Below the pieces are notes generated by a model. That model was not told the DNA's origin, searched no databases, and worked only from the letters and a program-made list of their open reading frames with translations. A program made the position numbers and the translations under genes. Positions 1-11,699 of a DNA stretch of 64,000 nt are shown here, in pieces. This DNA comes from Anthoceros angustus. Lineage: Eukaryota; Plantae; Anthocerotophyta. The stretch covers positions 806,001 through 870,000 of the forward strand of contig MU008166.1 in the NCBI GenBank assembly GCA_010909165.1, read 5' to 3'. Each line of letters starts with the position of its first letter. Positions within the stretch are counted from its first letter, which is position 1.

Positions 1-15
1 CGGAAACAAGAGTGG

Positions 16-210
16 GTGGTACATGGTGACTTGGCCCTACTATATGACAATAGATATATGCACTTTCCCGGCAAGCTTCACCTTCGATGGATGGGACCAT
101 ATAAAGTCCTAGAAGTCTTCGCAAATGGCTCCATACAGCTCCAACAGTTAAACGGGCCGCCCCTACCAACCAGGGTCAACGGTTGGAGGGTCAAGAAATA
201 CTACACCTAA
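16..210 (+). mobile_element. Ty3/gypsy LTR retrotransposon pol C-terminus (post-integrase region)
   Basis: ORF reads LLYDNR..FPGKLHLRWMGPYKVLEVFANGSIQL....G..LPTRVNGWRVKKY, the typical KL..RW.GPY/VNG.R.K tail of gypsy pol; followed by a PPT. Confidence 0.75.
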
Positions 211-232
211 GTTGGCGAGGGCGCCAACAAAT

Positions 233-555
233 GAGAAGGGGAGTATGTAAACAATCTGGTATCTGGAAACTCCCTGTTGGATTGTGTCTTTGGGTGATTT
301 TTTTTTTTGTTTTCTTGCTAAGTTTGGTGTTAAGAAAGGCTAGGTTGTTAGTAGGAAGGAATATTTATACTAGAAAGTGTCCGTGGCCTATGAGTTTTGG
401 GTTGTTTTCTAGGTTGAATAATAATCAGTCCTTGGACTATGAACTTGATACTCCTTGGCCTTCGGTCTTGGAATATTCAACAAAAAGCCTATATAAGGTC
501 GATGTGGTGGAGATGGTTCGGGTATGCACCTTGCTGGGTAAGAGGGTGCTTGACA
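233..555 (+). mobile_element. Polypurine tract (233-243) and probable 3' LTR (about 246-555)
   Basis: GAGAAGGGGAG directly after the pol stop, then TGTAAA at 246, TATA-like CCTATATAAGG at about 487 and a TTGACA end at 555. Confidence 0.55.
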
Positions 556-659
556 GGGGGATGGCGTCCGGCGCGGCCCCTCCTCAACAAGTGGATCTGC
601 AGGAGTTGACAGCAGCCATGATTCGGGCTCAGTCGGACACTACTTCCTGCGTAAGACCT

Positions 660-1460
660 TTATAGAAATGGTTTCCAGACCCTTCCCTCTTCCCTCTCCA
701 GTGGCAGATAGATAACGGGCAAGGGAAACGACATATGCGAAATAGCCGTTCTCGCAATGGATGCTTTGGCGTTCCAATTCTTGGGTGTGAGATTCCTCAT
801 GTCATACTGCAGTCTGGAGGCAATCAGCTTGTATCTTCCACTCATTTGAGAAATAGCACACAAGATGTACACACACGACCGAGGCCACTCGGCTTCTCCT
901 GAAGCTCAAGAGGCATCGGGAAAGCATTTTTGAAAAACCTGATAGTTAGTACTCGCCAGCTGCGGATGCGCAACTGATTCAGTGCGAAGTTTATTCCCGG
1001 CTGTGTCGAGCTTGAAACTCTTTCGAGGCTCCTCAGATTGGAAGAGGACTGTCTTTTTGCTGGGCATATGTACCATCGAGGCAGAGGCACAAGTCGAACT
1101 TCTGCAGCCGTTGTAATGTTCATATTGTAGTACAAGAAAAACCACTACGATAGGTCAAGCAGCATATCATCATCGTTGCAGATTCTTCAGTTGCCCAAAG
1201 GTAGCAGGGAGCCACCCCAGACTCCAGTGTCATGTATATTCCTGCAAGTATATCGAGAGAAAGCAAACTTGCTGTGAATTTCCTCGAGGCACTTGTCAGT
1301 AAGAATTGACCAGTTGCGCGAATTGACTGTCTGTGCTTGCTACCTCGGTGACAGTTCCCTCACATGTACGTAAGTTGAGACAGGTCCCCAAGTTTGCAGG
1401 CAGTGACGAATCGAATGGGAAATATGATAGACTCTTCCCCATACGCTTCTCTTGGCCGAT
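660..1460 (-). pseudogene. Degenerate LRR-like coding remnant
   Basis: Minus strand 1211-1173 reads LPATFGQLKNLQR; about 1410-1370 gives LPANLG/DLSQLTYM across a frameshift; multiple stops. Confidence 0.3.
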
Positions 1461-1929
1461 ACATCCCCGGCTACACGCGGCGCTTCATTTTAGTGCATAG
1501 TGTTTTGTTTGAACCGAACCCAGGTCACCTTGAATCCTAGCATAGCGAAGAGACTGTGGCTTGCCCGCCTGAAATGTTGACGGTTCGTCGTCGGGCAGTG
1601 ACTGAATGTCCAGGAGGTGTTGGAGAATGGAGGGGTCGGAGGACAAGGCTTGGTAGTCCTGCTGTAGCGTGGGCTAGCAGCCTCGGGCCAGTAGAGAATT
1701 TTTGCAACACTTGTCCACCAGCATATTCACTGCGTCCTCATTCCTCACTCTCTGTGCAGTCCGCAAAGATAGAGAGAGAGACGCTGTACTCCAGCTACCT
1801 TGCTCTCCCGCCTATCAAAACATTCGAGGCATGTTCTGAGCACGAATAAATTCATCGAAATGCCCTTGCAACCACAAGCGGGACTGCAAAGCAAATTTTT
1901 GCACGGGAAGAAAGAAAGATTTTACTCAC

Positions 1930-3575
1930 AGCGCACTTCTCCGATTCCCCTGCCAGCAGAAGGTACTCCACTACTCTTGTTTCTCGACTTCGTATCGCCT
2001 CATCCAACGCCGTCTGCGGATTGGGCAGCACACACCCACGCTCTTCCAGCCATTCACACGCCTCCGCACGCTGGTGCGCCCTGGCTGCAAGGTAAGGAGA
2101 TACACCTTCCCCGTCTGTCATCATTCCAACAAACACTCCATCACCCTCCTGTCACCCTCTCGGGTCGTGAAAATGTTACATGCAGGTAATGTCACCATCG
2201 GGTCATAAAAAGCAAGTAGGCACTGTCGTGAAAAGCAAAAGCGAAAAGGCACCGTCGCCATCACCTCCAAGAACAAGAAGCCACTTGCATCACAAATGTG
2301 CTCACCTTCCCCGCCGAGTGATGCGCCGTGCCGATGCATGTAATCAAGAAGGGTCTTGTCGCCCGCTTTCGCTGCCTCCACCATGCAAAGCCTCCCGTTG
2401 CTGTCCTTCACATTTAGCGATTCCACGAAGTTGATGGCTTCCTTCACTACCTCCGGATCTCGGACATCGCAGCAAGCATCGAGGGGCGAGTCCCAGCTGC
2501 CGACCCCGGTCGTCACCTGCGGCCAGGCGTACTCCGCCACCTTCGGCATGTATAGCCGCATGCCTGCATGCAAGCCGTCCAGCTCGAAGAATCTCGGCCG
2601 ATGATACTCTTTCACCACAACATCCCAATGCGGATCCCTGGCCTCCTCTCCCAACCGCGATCTCGTATCTGAATCCCTTTCATACACCTTCACAGTTCCG
2701 TCAAACTCCCCCGGCCTCGCAGGATCCCACGCAAAGAGCCCGACCACAGTGCGCGCAGCGCCGGCTTTCACCATCTCTCGGCACTTCCTGTCGATGTCTC
2801 TCGGATCATCCGACTCCACCATCTCCTCCAGCGCTAGCAGCATCGGCAGATCATAGTACACCAGAGCCTCGCTCCCCGGACCCTGCAGCTCCCTGTCCGC
2901 AGCCAAAGCCGCCTCGCGATCCGTGGCATCAATATCCGGGCAGAACTGCATCCTCCGCTCCCGGTACACGTACAGTATCCCCGGGCTGTGAAACATCCAT
3001 CTCTGCTCCAGCCCGAACCGCGCCAGTCCGTTGGCCACCTGCAGGATGAGGTTTCTCGCAACGCTGTACCGCCTGGGCTTCGCCGGGACGCAGTCCCCTA
3101 CCACCAGCCGCCTCTTCTCCAAGATCGGCACGAAGCACAGCTCCGGATTCTCCAACCGCAGCAAATCCACCAGGTGCCGATCGAACTCCCCGCCCTCGAA
3201 CACGGCCAGCTTGTGATCCCCGGATTCCACCTGCGTGCATTCTGCAGGCAGCTCCAAGCCGAAATCCCTTCCCCGGATCTTGAACCCGAATCGCAGCTTC
3301 CGAGATGTGGCGAAATGGCGCGGCGCAGCGTCTGTGCCGACTGTGCTGCTGCCGCTCCCTTCCCCGCTCACCAGCGGCCTCTGCTGCACCTCGAAGCTCC
3401 GTTCCTCGATCCGATCCGGCGGCTGCTGGTCCTCGCCGCTCCGTTCCTCGATCCGCACCCGCGGCTCCTGGTCCTCGACGCTCCGTTCCTCGATCCGTAC
3501 CCGCGTCTCCTGGTCCTGGGCCTCCTGCCTGAAGAATGGCCAGAAGGGAAGGCATCGGTGGCAAACATTGCCCAT
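1930..3575 (-). CDS. Putative N-acylated protein with a degenerate GH18 (chitinase-like) C-terminal half-barrel and ankyrin repeats; further 3' exons unresolved
   Basis: GC-rich long exon from ATG 3575 (MGNVC). GH18-like motifs RRLVVG, LVYYD and ESDDPRDIDRKC...GLFAWD. Ankyrin-like DSNGRLCMVEAAKAGDKTLLDYMHRHGA, with a next exon DGEGVSPYLAARAHQRAEACEWLEERG. Likely donor GTGAGC at 2305. Confidence 0.55.
3396..3517 (-). repeat. Three 42-bp (14-aa) coding tandem repeats, RVRIEERSxEDQEP
   Basis: GCTCCGTTCCTCGATCCG recurs at 3396, 3438 and 3480. Confidence 0.9.
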
Positions 3576-3920
3576 GGCGTCAAGCCCTTTGGGACACGAA
3601 AATTTCCTCGGCCCGGCAGAAAGACAGGCCCTCGCAATCTGGGAGCCTCGAAAGAGTTCCAAGCGAATGCACCTCTACACAGCCAGGAATAAACTTCGCA
3701 CGTCCATTGGAAACCTATGCCCTACGGCTACGGGAACCACATTGTGGTGGTGGTGGCAGTAGAAAGCAAGCCTGCAATGGATCAGCTCAGTGCGTTAGCT
3801 GTAGGCAATGCGATGGAAAATACTACTTAAAACAGGAAGACTCTGATAACGTAGGTGCCCTTAGATCAATGTACAGTACTAAAACCTGAGAACCTCCTGG
3901 CCCAGAGGCATAGCGTGAGC

Positions 3921-4025
3921 TTTGTATTGCCTTTGTTGGGCTCCAGGCCTGGTTTGTTATACAGGGTTATCACGCTCTGTTTTGCCTTTGTTGGGCTCAA
4001 GGCCTGGTCTGTTATACAGGGTGGG
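3921..4025. repeat. Local direct duplication of about 58 bp
   Basis: TTGCCTTTGTTGGGCTCxAGGCCTGGTxTGTTATACAGGGT occurs twice. Confidence 0.8.
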
Positions 4026-4426
4026 TTATTGCGTACTAATGATCTCACTATTCTTGTGCGTGACAGATGCTGCTGTTTTTTGTACGCGAAGACCACACAA
4101 TGTTTGTGCATGTGCAAACAAATATCGGGATATCGGGATGTAAAATGTGGTGGAGTGAAAGATGCGCATCTTCTACCATCGCAACAACATCGTGGTGGAG
4201 TACCATCACACCATGTGGTGGAGTGGAAGATTGGGTGCACATACTCGACGACAAGACGGATAATGCTGGGATGGGGAACATCCTTTCGTAATCTTTTTGC
4301 TGGCTTCCCAGCGATTTAGGACCTAGCCAATTCACTCCACAAGTTCTCAACGCTCTCAACCTCACCACACACAGCACTACGCTCCAAGTAGCCTGCCGTC
4401 CACTGACAACATACAAGCCACCTTCT

Positions 4427-5219
4427 TGAGGTGCTGCTCTTTATTGCAAGAAAACAACAATGGAATCTGGCTATCTACACCCAACTGAGTCCTGCCCTTG
4501 ACATTGTTGTAATCTGGCTATCTGTGCCCAACTGACTACTGCCCTTGATTCCACGACAAGCTCACTAGCTAGCTCTCCACAGCTCTCTCAACACAAAGCT
4601 TGCAGCGCACACTTGTCTACTCTCCCAAAGAGTGAGTCTAACTTGTTCCTCAAAGCCCTTGCTCTAGCCCTTATATATCCCGCAGTCTGACCTCAACTAT
4701 GTAGTTATTAAATCTAGGGATTCTTATAGACCACTGACCACTAAGAGTCCTCTCTAGGCAGCTCTTCATTTGTGGTTGTAGCAATTCCTCTAACAAGAGA
4801 TTACATGAAGCATGCAACACATGCATCTTGATCACTAAGAGTCCTCTCTAGGCAGCTCTTTTTATGGTTGTAGCAATTCCTCTAACAAGAGATTACATGA
4901 AGCATGCAACTCTAACAAGAGATTACATGAAGCATGCAACTCTAACAAGAGATTACATGAAGCATGCAACTCTAACAAGAGATTACATGAAGCATGCAAC
5001 ACATGCATCTTCTCAATATGGCAGCTACTAATTTAGCTTTTTACCTCTTTCAACTTTTCATCTTTCTACCTTATTTCACTAGTACCATTACTAGCCCCAT
5101 CCTTTCATAATCTTTCAGCCCGGTTGAGCAAATTTATTTTGGTAAAAATCGTTCCAATCTACTTGGGCGCACCAACCTCCCTTGAGTGTGGTCTTCGCGC
5201 CACTAAATACTCTCTAACA
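4427..5219 (-). mobile_element. Possible LTR-like segment
   Basis: Minus strand starts TGTTAG and ends CA, with TATA-like GATATATAAGGG at about 4670; no matching TSD found. Confidence 0.3.
4735..5010. repeat. 30-bp minisatellite TCTAACAAGAGATTACATGAAGCATGCAAC, four tandem copies (4881-5000) plus one at about 4789, within a duplication of about 95 bp
   Basis: Direct reading of the repeats. Confidence 0.9.
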
Positions 5220-5945
5220 AATAGATACATACATATTTTGCATCCATATCCCCTATCCACCAGGCAGTTGCCCACCTCTATCTCTCGCCTCCTCCGACAT
5301 TTTCCCGTTCCCTTGGCGGGGTCCCAGGAACACCGCCTGGGAGGGTAGGACCCGGACCTCCACTTTGAGTGGAGGTCTGGCCCAAACGCCCGAACAAGGT
5401 GCCTGGCGCCCAAGCCACCCGGTTTTGTCCAGCGTTCGGTGAGCTAGCACTCAAACCATGCTTGTGGGAGTGTGGGAAATGAATCAAACAATGCAAGCTG
5501 ATGGCTCATGAGAGGGACGCTCACGTACGCACCCTCTCGTTCTATCTCAAGTATGGTAATAGTATTTTGTTAATAATATTGGATAAAATGTATAGGCTAT
5601 CTTATCATCTACGAGAATATTACAAAGTAAAAGGGTTGAGAAATTTAGTTTTTTTTAATCTTTTAAAGATCATAAGGTAAAGAGCGTAGGTATTTGATGA
5701 AAACCATCACGGTAACCGTAACACATTTGACAATCCTCCTCCAACCATTGGAGGAGGGTTGTCAAATACTGGTTGTATTCACAATTCCATGAACACCATA
5801 CATGTGGAGGGTTATAAAATACCGGTCATCATCGCAATCCCCATGAACGCATCGGGTGCCAGAGGGAAAATACCAGTCATTCTTAGAATTATGTAAAAAA
5901 AATAATATGGTGTAAAGAAGAAGAAGAGAGAGTGAAAAGATCTCA

Positions 5946-6495
5946 CAATCATGTGCAAACAAATACGGTGAGAGAGTTAAAGAATAGAGTTCATCCACAT
6001 AATCATATGAAGACAATTATGATGAAAGGGTGACAATCATGTGCAAACAAATATATAATAGTTAAAGATCCCACAATCATGTGCAAACAAATATGCTGAC
6101 AGTTAAAGAATACAAATCATCCACACATGTCTTCACATGATGAAAGGGTGGGGATTAGGGATGAAGATGGTTGAGTTTGGAAATGAAGACGGATAGGGTT
6201 GGAGATGAAGATGGTTATGTTGAGAGGGTTGGAGGATGTTGGTTATCTTCACAATCGTGTGAAGATTGTTATAGTGATTTATGTACCAAGCATCTTCTAT
6301 TCTCATGGGGAGGGCAAACAACTGTATAGCAGCCGTGTTCCATTCTCAAAACGTTTATAGGATTTGACAATATGGGTCAACAAGTTATGAATCATATACA
6401 TTACAAATTGTGTGGAAGGATGGCAAGGATTTGACAATACAGGTCAACAAGTTATGAATCATATACATTACAAATTTTGTGGAAGGATGGCAAAT
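5946..6495. repeat. AT-rich dispersed repeats: CAATCATGTGCAAACAAATA x3 and a tandem duplication of about 68 bp (6360-6495)
   Basis: Direct reading. Confidence 0.75.
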
Positions 6496-6779
6496 ACCGT
6501 AGGTTCAAAAGTTTAGAAAGTAATTACTATTTTTATGATATAATAAAATAAGAAAACTCATACGAAAATAAAGTCTTCTAAAATTAAAAAAATTAAAATC
6601 TTATAAAAGTGATCATATCTTTAAAGGTAGGTCTTGTTTTGAGACTTAAATAGTAATAATTTTTTTAACTTGTATAGTTATGTGGATAGTAAAATTTGAT
6701 ATGTGACCTGATTTAATATATGCATATTTACATGCCCATGACCAAAGATAGGGCATCTTCAACACTTGTTGTGGCGCAT

Positions 6780-7080
6780 AAATGAAGTTCTTCTGCATCC
6801 AATACTATTATCAAGATTCTGTAGAATCATTGGTGGAAGTAAATCTTTCTCACAATGCCGAGACATGAAAGTGGCAATAATAAGTAGGGCTTCCATATCT
6901 GCATTAAGCAACTAATCGCATGAGGAAAGCACACACGAACTTCAACCAGGATTTGCATGCTGACGTACATTGTTAGCCTGCATATTGATCGTATCATCGG
7001 GACGTTTATCATGTGCTGATCACCGCCTGCACCCAACATCCTCGATTGACCCATTTGATGCCTGTTGGGTTGCACATGCA
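6780..7080 (+). pseudogene. Degenerate Mutator (MULE) transposase SWIM zinc-finger remnant
   Basis: Stop-riddled frame VEVNLSHNAET*KWQ**VGLPYLH*ATNRMRK resembles VDL..C.C.KWQ..G.PC.HA. Confidence 0.35.
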
Positions 7081-7683
7081 CACCCTGTTTCTCCAGAGAA
7101 AGAAATCGTGGACAGCCCAACGCTAACCCACGCCCCTACCGGAATGCTGCTGCTGGAAACTACCATGGAAACCCTAGAGGTGCTACTATTGTTGTTGCAT
7201 CTTATGCTGCCTCTCCCACTCTAGCAGCCCGATCTACAACAAAGCCTGCAAATCTTTGCAACAACAGCAGCTGCCGCTGCTGCCAATGTCAGCAATAGCT
7301 ACTCTATGTGCTGCAAATCTCTGTGCAGTGCTCGAGCTGCACACAGATTGGACCCCTCGAAGGATTGAATCCAATCTTGATGTGTGACCGGGAGATTGGA
7401 TCCCCGCGGAGGTATACGCTCTCCCCCTCCTCGCGCTGAGGTGTGCACTCTCCCGCTCCTAGCGACCGAAGTGTGTGGACACCAACAAGTTTTCGGCACT
7501 TACCATTTTGCATTTTTTAGTTTTCGGCCACTCATTTCAAGTATTTTTGAAACTTTCACACTTACTATAATTAATTAGTTTTTATCGAAAAGGAGTGGGA
7601 GGGAGCTTTAATACAACCCCGGAACATTATTGGCCAAGGAGCCGAAACAGGAGACGGGGAACGGGAACGGGAACATAGGAGAT

Positions 7684-7861
7684 ATGGAAGATGTAGTGGA
7701 AGCAGAGGGCATGGGCGCTATGGGGACCAGGAACTTAGAGGACATGGAGGGAATTGAACAGCCTGAGGTTTGGAGTGATCATGAGATGGTGAGCGAAAGC
7801 GTTGAAGAGGGCGAATCGGTACCCTTCGAAGATTACGATGCGGAGAATGAGGAGTTCCCTA
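7684..7861 (+). pseudogene. Acidic N-terminal part of an F-box gene, cut off by the CACTA insertion
   Basis: MEDVVEAEGMG...AENEEFP joins in frame to ISNQEIQIPTMYEG at 14823 once the TE and one TSD copy are removed. Confidence 0.8.
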
Positions 7862-9242
7862 CACTACTACAATGCAGGCCGTTATAAGACGTGTTTAATA
7901 ACGCCGATTTGATGCCTCCGCAGTTATTTGACGCACCGGCAGGTGAGCCCACCGTGTCAATCTTGCGTCTTTGTTAGTGCGCCTGAATCCGCTTTGACGG
8001 GAGAATGTGGGAAGTTATCGGGTAACCCATGACGACGGCCAGAGGCCGCGAATCGCATACACCGCACGACGAATGCTACCATCTCAAAGCGGCCGGATTC
8101 GTGCTCAATCTTCCCGTCCAGCCGTAGGGCAAATATTCCCGCACCAAGAAGTGGCATGTCCGCACGGACACACGCCGCCCACCCGCATCCCTACCGTAAT
8201 AGGGGTTTGTTGCCCGACGCACTCGTGTAATGGAGTACGCCCCATGCTTTTGCTGTGGTATACGATCGCCACGCCTATTTACGACCTTCACACATCGATG
8301 CAATGCGCCGCCACATGGTTACACGCCGACGTACCACATGGTTACACGACGTGAGTTTGGATTTGAATCGTATGTAATTTCAATATATTAGGATAATAAT
8401 ATAATATCCTGTATGGTCAACGACGTGTCATCCCGACTTTCGCTTACACCTAATGAGTTTCTATAATCTCGGCAACAAATTCGATTCGACAACCGACTGC
8501 TAGACCTACGCCAGACGGGATGCGTGAATTGAAGGTGGGGGAAGCTTCGCTCTCTTCTCCTTCACATAGCATGCTTGCACTGCCCGCATCCGTTGCTTCG
8601 CCCTCTTCTCCTTCACCGCACCGTTTCCATTCCTGCCGAGGGCACTTTTGTTTGGCTATCATCCCCATGATCTATCATCGTAGAGAGCTCGTGCTCTCCG
8701 GCGCGTGAAGGCTGCATCAAGATGCAAACATAATCCCACCTCAGTGGAATCACATGCCCGGAATTATAGCAACTCATGACATACAAATTCAAGCAACCTA
8801 GAAGCGCCTCATCCAAAGACTAACCGACTTTCGCTTCATGTATTTTCGTGTGATGATCCTCCTGCTTGTGGGCGGTTGGCTTGGTTGGGAGGACAACACC
8901 ATGTCCATATCCGCAAATTTGTGCCTTCCGAGGTGTCCTCTCCGAAACTTCAGCCCCATTCTTGATATGCCTCGCATTGTTAATCCGCCTCCTCGTTGTG
9001 TTGTAGTTCCAACAGTTCAACCCCACCGCATAGCACCCACAAACGCCGTTAATTGAGTGTAGATCAAATCAGGCTGCATCTTATTTAGCTGTCCAACTCA
9101 CCACTTGATCCCACCGACAAACCCCCTACCCACTCGACTCCATCTCTTCATTCCTAGATGCCATCTTCCCTTTCGACCATATTTATTTGTGCCCTGCATC
9201 ATGCTTCGCAATGCGGGCCTCGAGCGCCTTTGTGTTGTTGTT

Positions 9243-10760
9243 TCACGCCATGTTCCCCACATCTAGCTGCCTCTTGACGCCTTCTACTGTGGCTTGAAAT
9301 TGGGCTTCCGTAATTCCTGCATCACGCTTGTTGTATCTCCGTTGTTTCGGTTCCTCCGCACCTCTCTTACCCTCTTCATCACATAATGATTCCTCCCGAT
9401 CGCTCCTCACAAACTTGCGACGAATCCAATCCAGGTTTGTGGCTCTTGGGTACTCCGCCATCAACTCCACAAGTTGTCGCCGCACATCCACACTGCTGAG
9501 TCCATGACACCCCAATGCCATTACAAGCCTGCTCATGCGTCTTTGGAAAGAAGCTTTCTCCTCTCCCTCCAACCCTCCAAAGCAAAGGCCGGTGGCACCT
9601 CTCGACTTCTCCGCCCAAGGTTTGCTTGCCTCTTGATTTCAGCTTCAACCACATCCCTCCCATGCTGGTGAATGAGAGCTCGACAACCGTCTACTGGTCT
9701 CCCTTCGCCAAGCGACAAGATCAACAGGCCTCGGTGCCCATGACAATACCGCCAACTTCGCATATCGAGAAGCCCATTTTTCCAGCGGCCACGCCCTATC
9801 CCTACATCCGCCTGCCGGTCCCTCCTCGTGTTGTCCAAAGTCTTGACAGTTGCTCTCTGGTAGCCACATGTTCAAGCTCGTCTAAATGTTCTCGCCAAGG
9901 ACCTCCTCTCCTTCGTAAAATTATTGTCTTCGATCGGGGTACCCATGTCACCATCCCACCCCAATCTCGCCATTTCGACATGCCGCTGCCAGCAAAGAAA
10001 ATTTGGCGTGCTTGTCACATCCGATCTCCTCCATAGATTGGCAATAGAGCGGCGCACATTTTCCCATCAAACTTGCCACGAGCATGACGTCATGCCCAGC
10101 TCCATTGCCTTCTTCCCGCCGCAATTTCAAATTGTAATCCATTTACACGCCTCTCATCGGATGTCCGACAATGACATTGGCGCCCCACCCTATCTTCACG
10201 CCTGTGCATGGCATGGATTACACGCTCAGATCCGCACGCCTTCCGACGTAGGCTTACTCCGGAGTTCTGGCGTGAGCATACCGTCACTGTGAAGGCAGCT
10301 CACAACATGTCAGCCTGCCAACTATCAGCCTGCACGCCATTCTCATTGTGAATACGGGATACCCGTGACGTAAATTTGTGATAGGCCGTTGCTGCCTAAT
10401 GCGGGGCCACACCTTCAACTTATGAAGCTCGTGGCTGGTGCAACTTCTGTGGAGGGCAATGGAGAGCCACCAAACAAAGCCTGTGCAGCTCAGTAGCATC
10501 CGCTCAAACACCGGTTCGCACCTTCACATAGCCATCCAGAGGTGGTGGCGATGGCGCCGGGTTCCTCGCCGCTTGAACATGAAGACAAGGTGTGCAATTT
10601 CACAGCGGATTCGGATAAGAAAAGGACCGGGCCGAGCAAGAGGCTCGTTGAAAATTGGGAGGCAAATGAAGTTTGGCTTGTCGATTGGGAGCTGAGTTTG
10701 AGAATACGATCCCGAACACTAAGCCGCGACGACGCCACTTTGAGGTTGAAGTCGCCATAG
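9243..10760 (-). pseudogene. Second CACTA ORF (TnpA-like) remnant
   Basis: Fragmented charged ORFs (for example 9243-9572) co-oriented with and downstream of TnpD inside the TIRs; assigned by position only. Confidence 0.4.
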
Positions 10761-11699
10761 CTCTAAAGCTTGAACTTGACAAGGTCTTAGGAATAAGCAA
10801 TGCCGCCACAACATTCCGCTTGAGTGAAGTCCGAGTTGCCTCGGGAGCCCTCCGACTCCATGTAGGGATTGAAAATCTTGCGGTGGAGGACACAAAGATG
10901 TGGCAAGGCATTGCGTAAAGGAGTAAGCATTGGCGAGTTCCTAGATGTCTTGAAAAGCTCGAGGGTGTGGCTTGCAAGTTGCATTGTTGGTTCCACCGCA
11001 TGACATCCGAACTTGATCGATCGTGGATTTTGAACGTGTTAGACAAAACGGACATGCTCTTCGCATGATGCGACATATGGCTAGTGGAAAGGGCACGATA
11101 GCTACAAGCATTTTTCGTTTAAGCAATTTGCTCGGGACACGGTCGATGTGTAGAGAGTGTTGGAAGCAAGCTCGAGGCTATCAAACTCGTAATGTCCGAA
11201 TAATTAAAAGTTGAATTCACTCCGCCCATCGATTTTGGGAGAATTGGTGTGCGATCATCCACGCTTTGCGGGCATGACATCGGATGTGCCAAGACCGCTT
11301 CAAATGTGCAGAAATGTGAATGGCCCACTGGCATCGCGATGATAACGGTAAGGCCGTCCTCGTGTCCACAACATGGAACCCATCGAAATCCCGCTTCAAC
11401 GATGGAGGCTCTCGCTGATGTCACATTCATACCACTCCACATCAAGATGAAAACCGAACGCCCCTCCATCGCCGTACATCTAGAATTTCGCGGATGCGCC
11501 GTAATACTCGCCGATACTTGGCGGTAATGTGAAATCGTCTGTAAACCCATGAGTCCTATGTCGCTTTCCGATTTTCATCTGCCTCAATAGTCCGGTAGTG
11601 ATAGCCATGAGAATCCAAGCCACGATAGGACTTTACTTTCAAACGTGGCCTGCTGGCAATTGCAGAATCACCGAGTTGGGCATGTGATCCCATTCACGA

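Noticed and set aside
2121-3662. Viral or bacterial horizontal insert suggested by the GC-rich long exon
   Set aside because: It has a plausible spliceosomal donor, a eukaryotic acylation signal and no neighbouring viral or prokaryotic genes; HGT origin of the domain is untested
2929-3762. Several overlapping long ORFs (2929-3564, 2988-3692, 3235-3762)
   Set aside because: Shadow frames of a GC-rich repetitive CDS, with no motifs
4427-5219. Solo LTR with TSD
   Set aside because: The flanking 5-mers (CTTCT and AATAG) do not match; kept only as a low-confidence LTR-like segment
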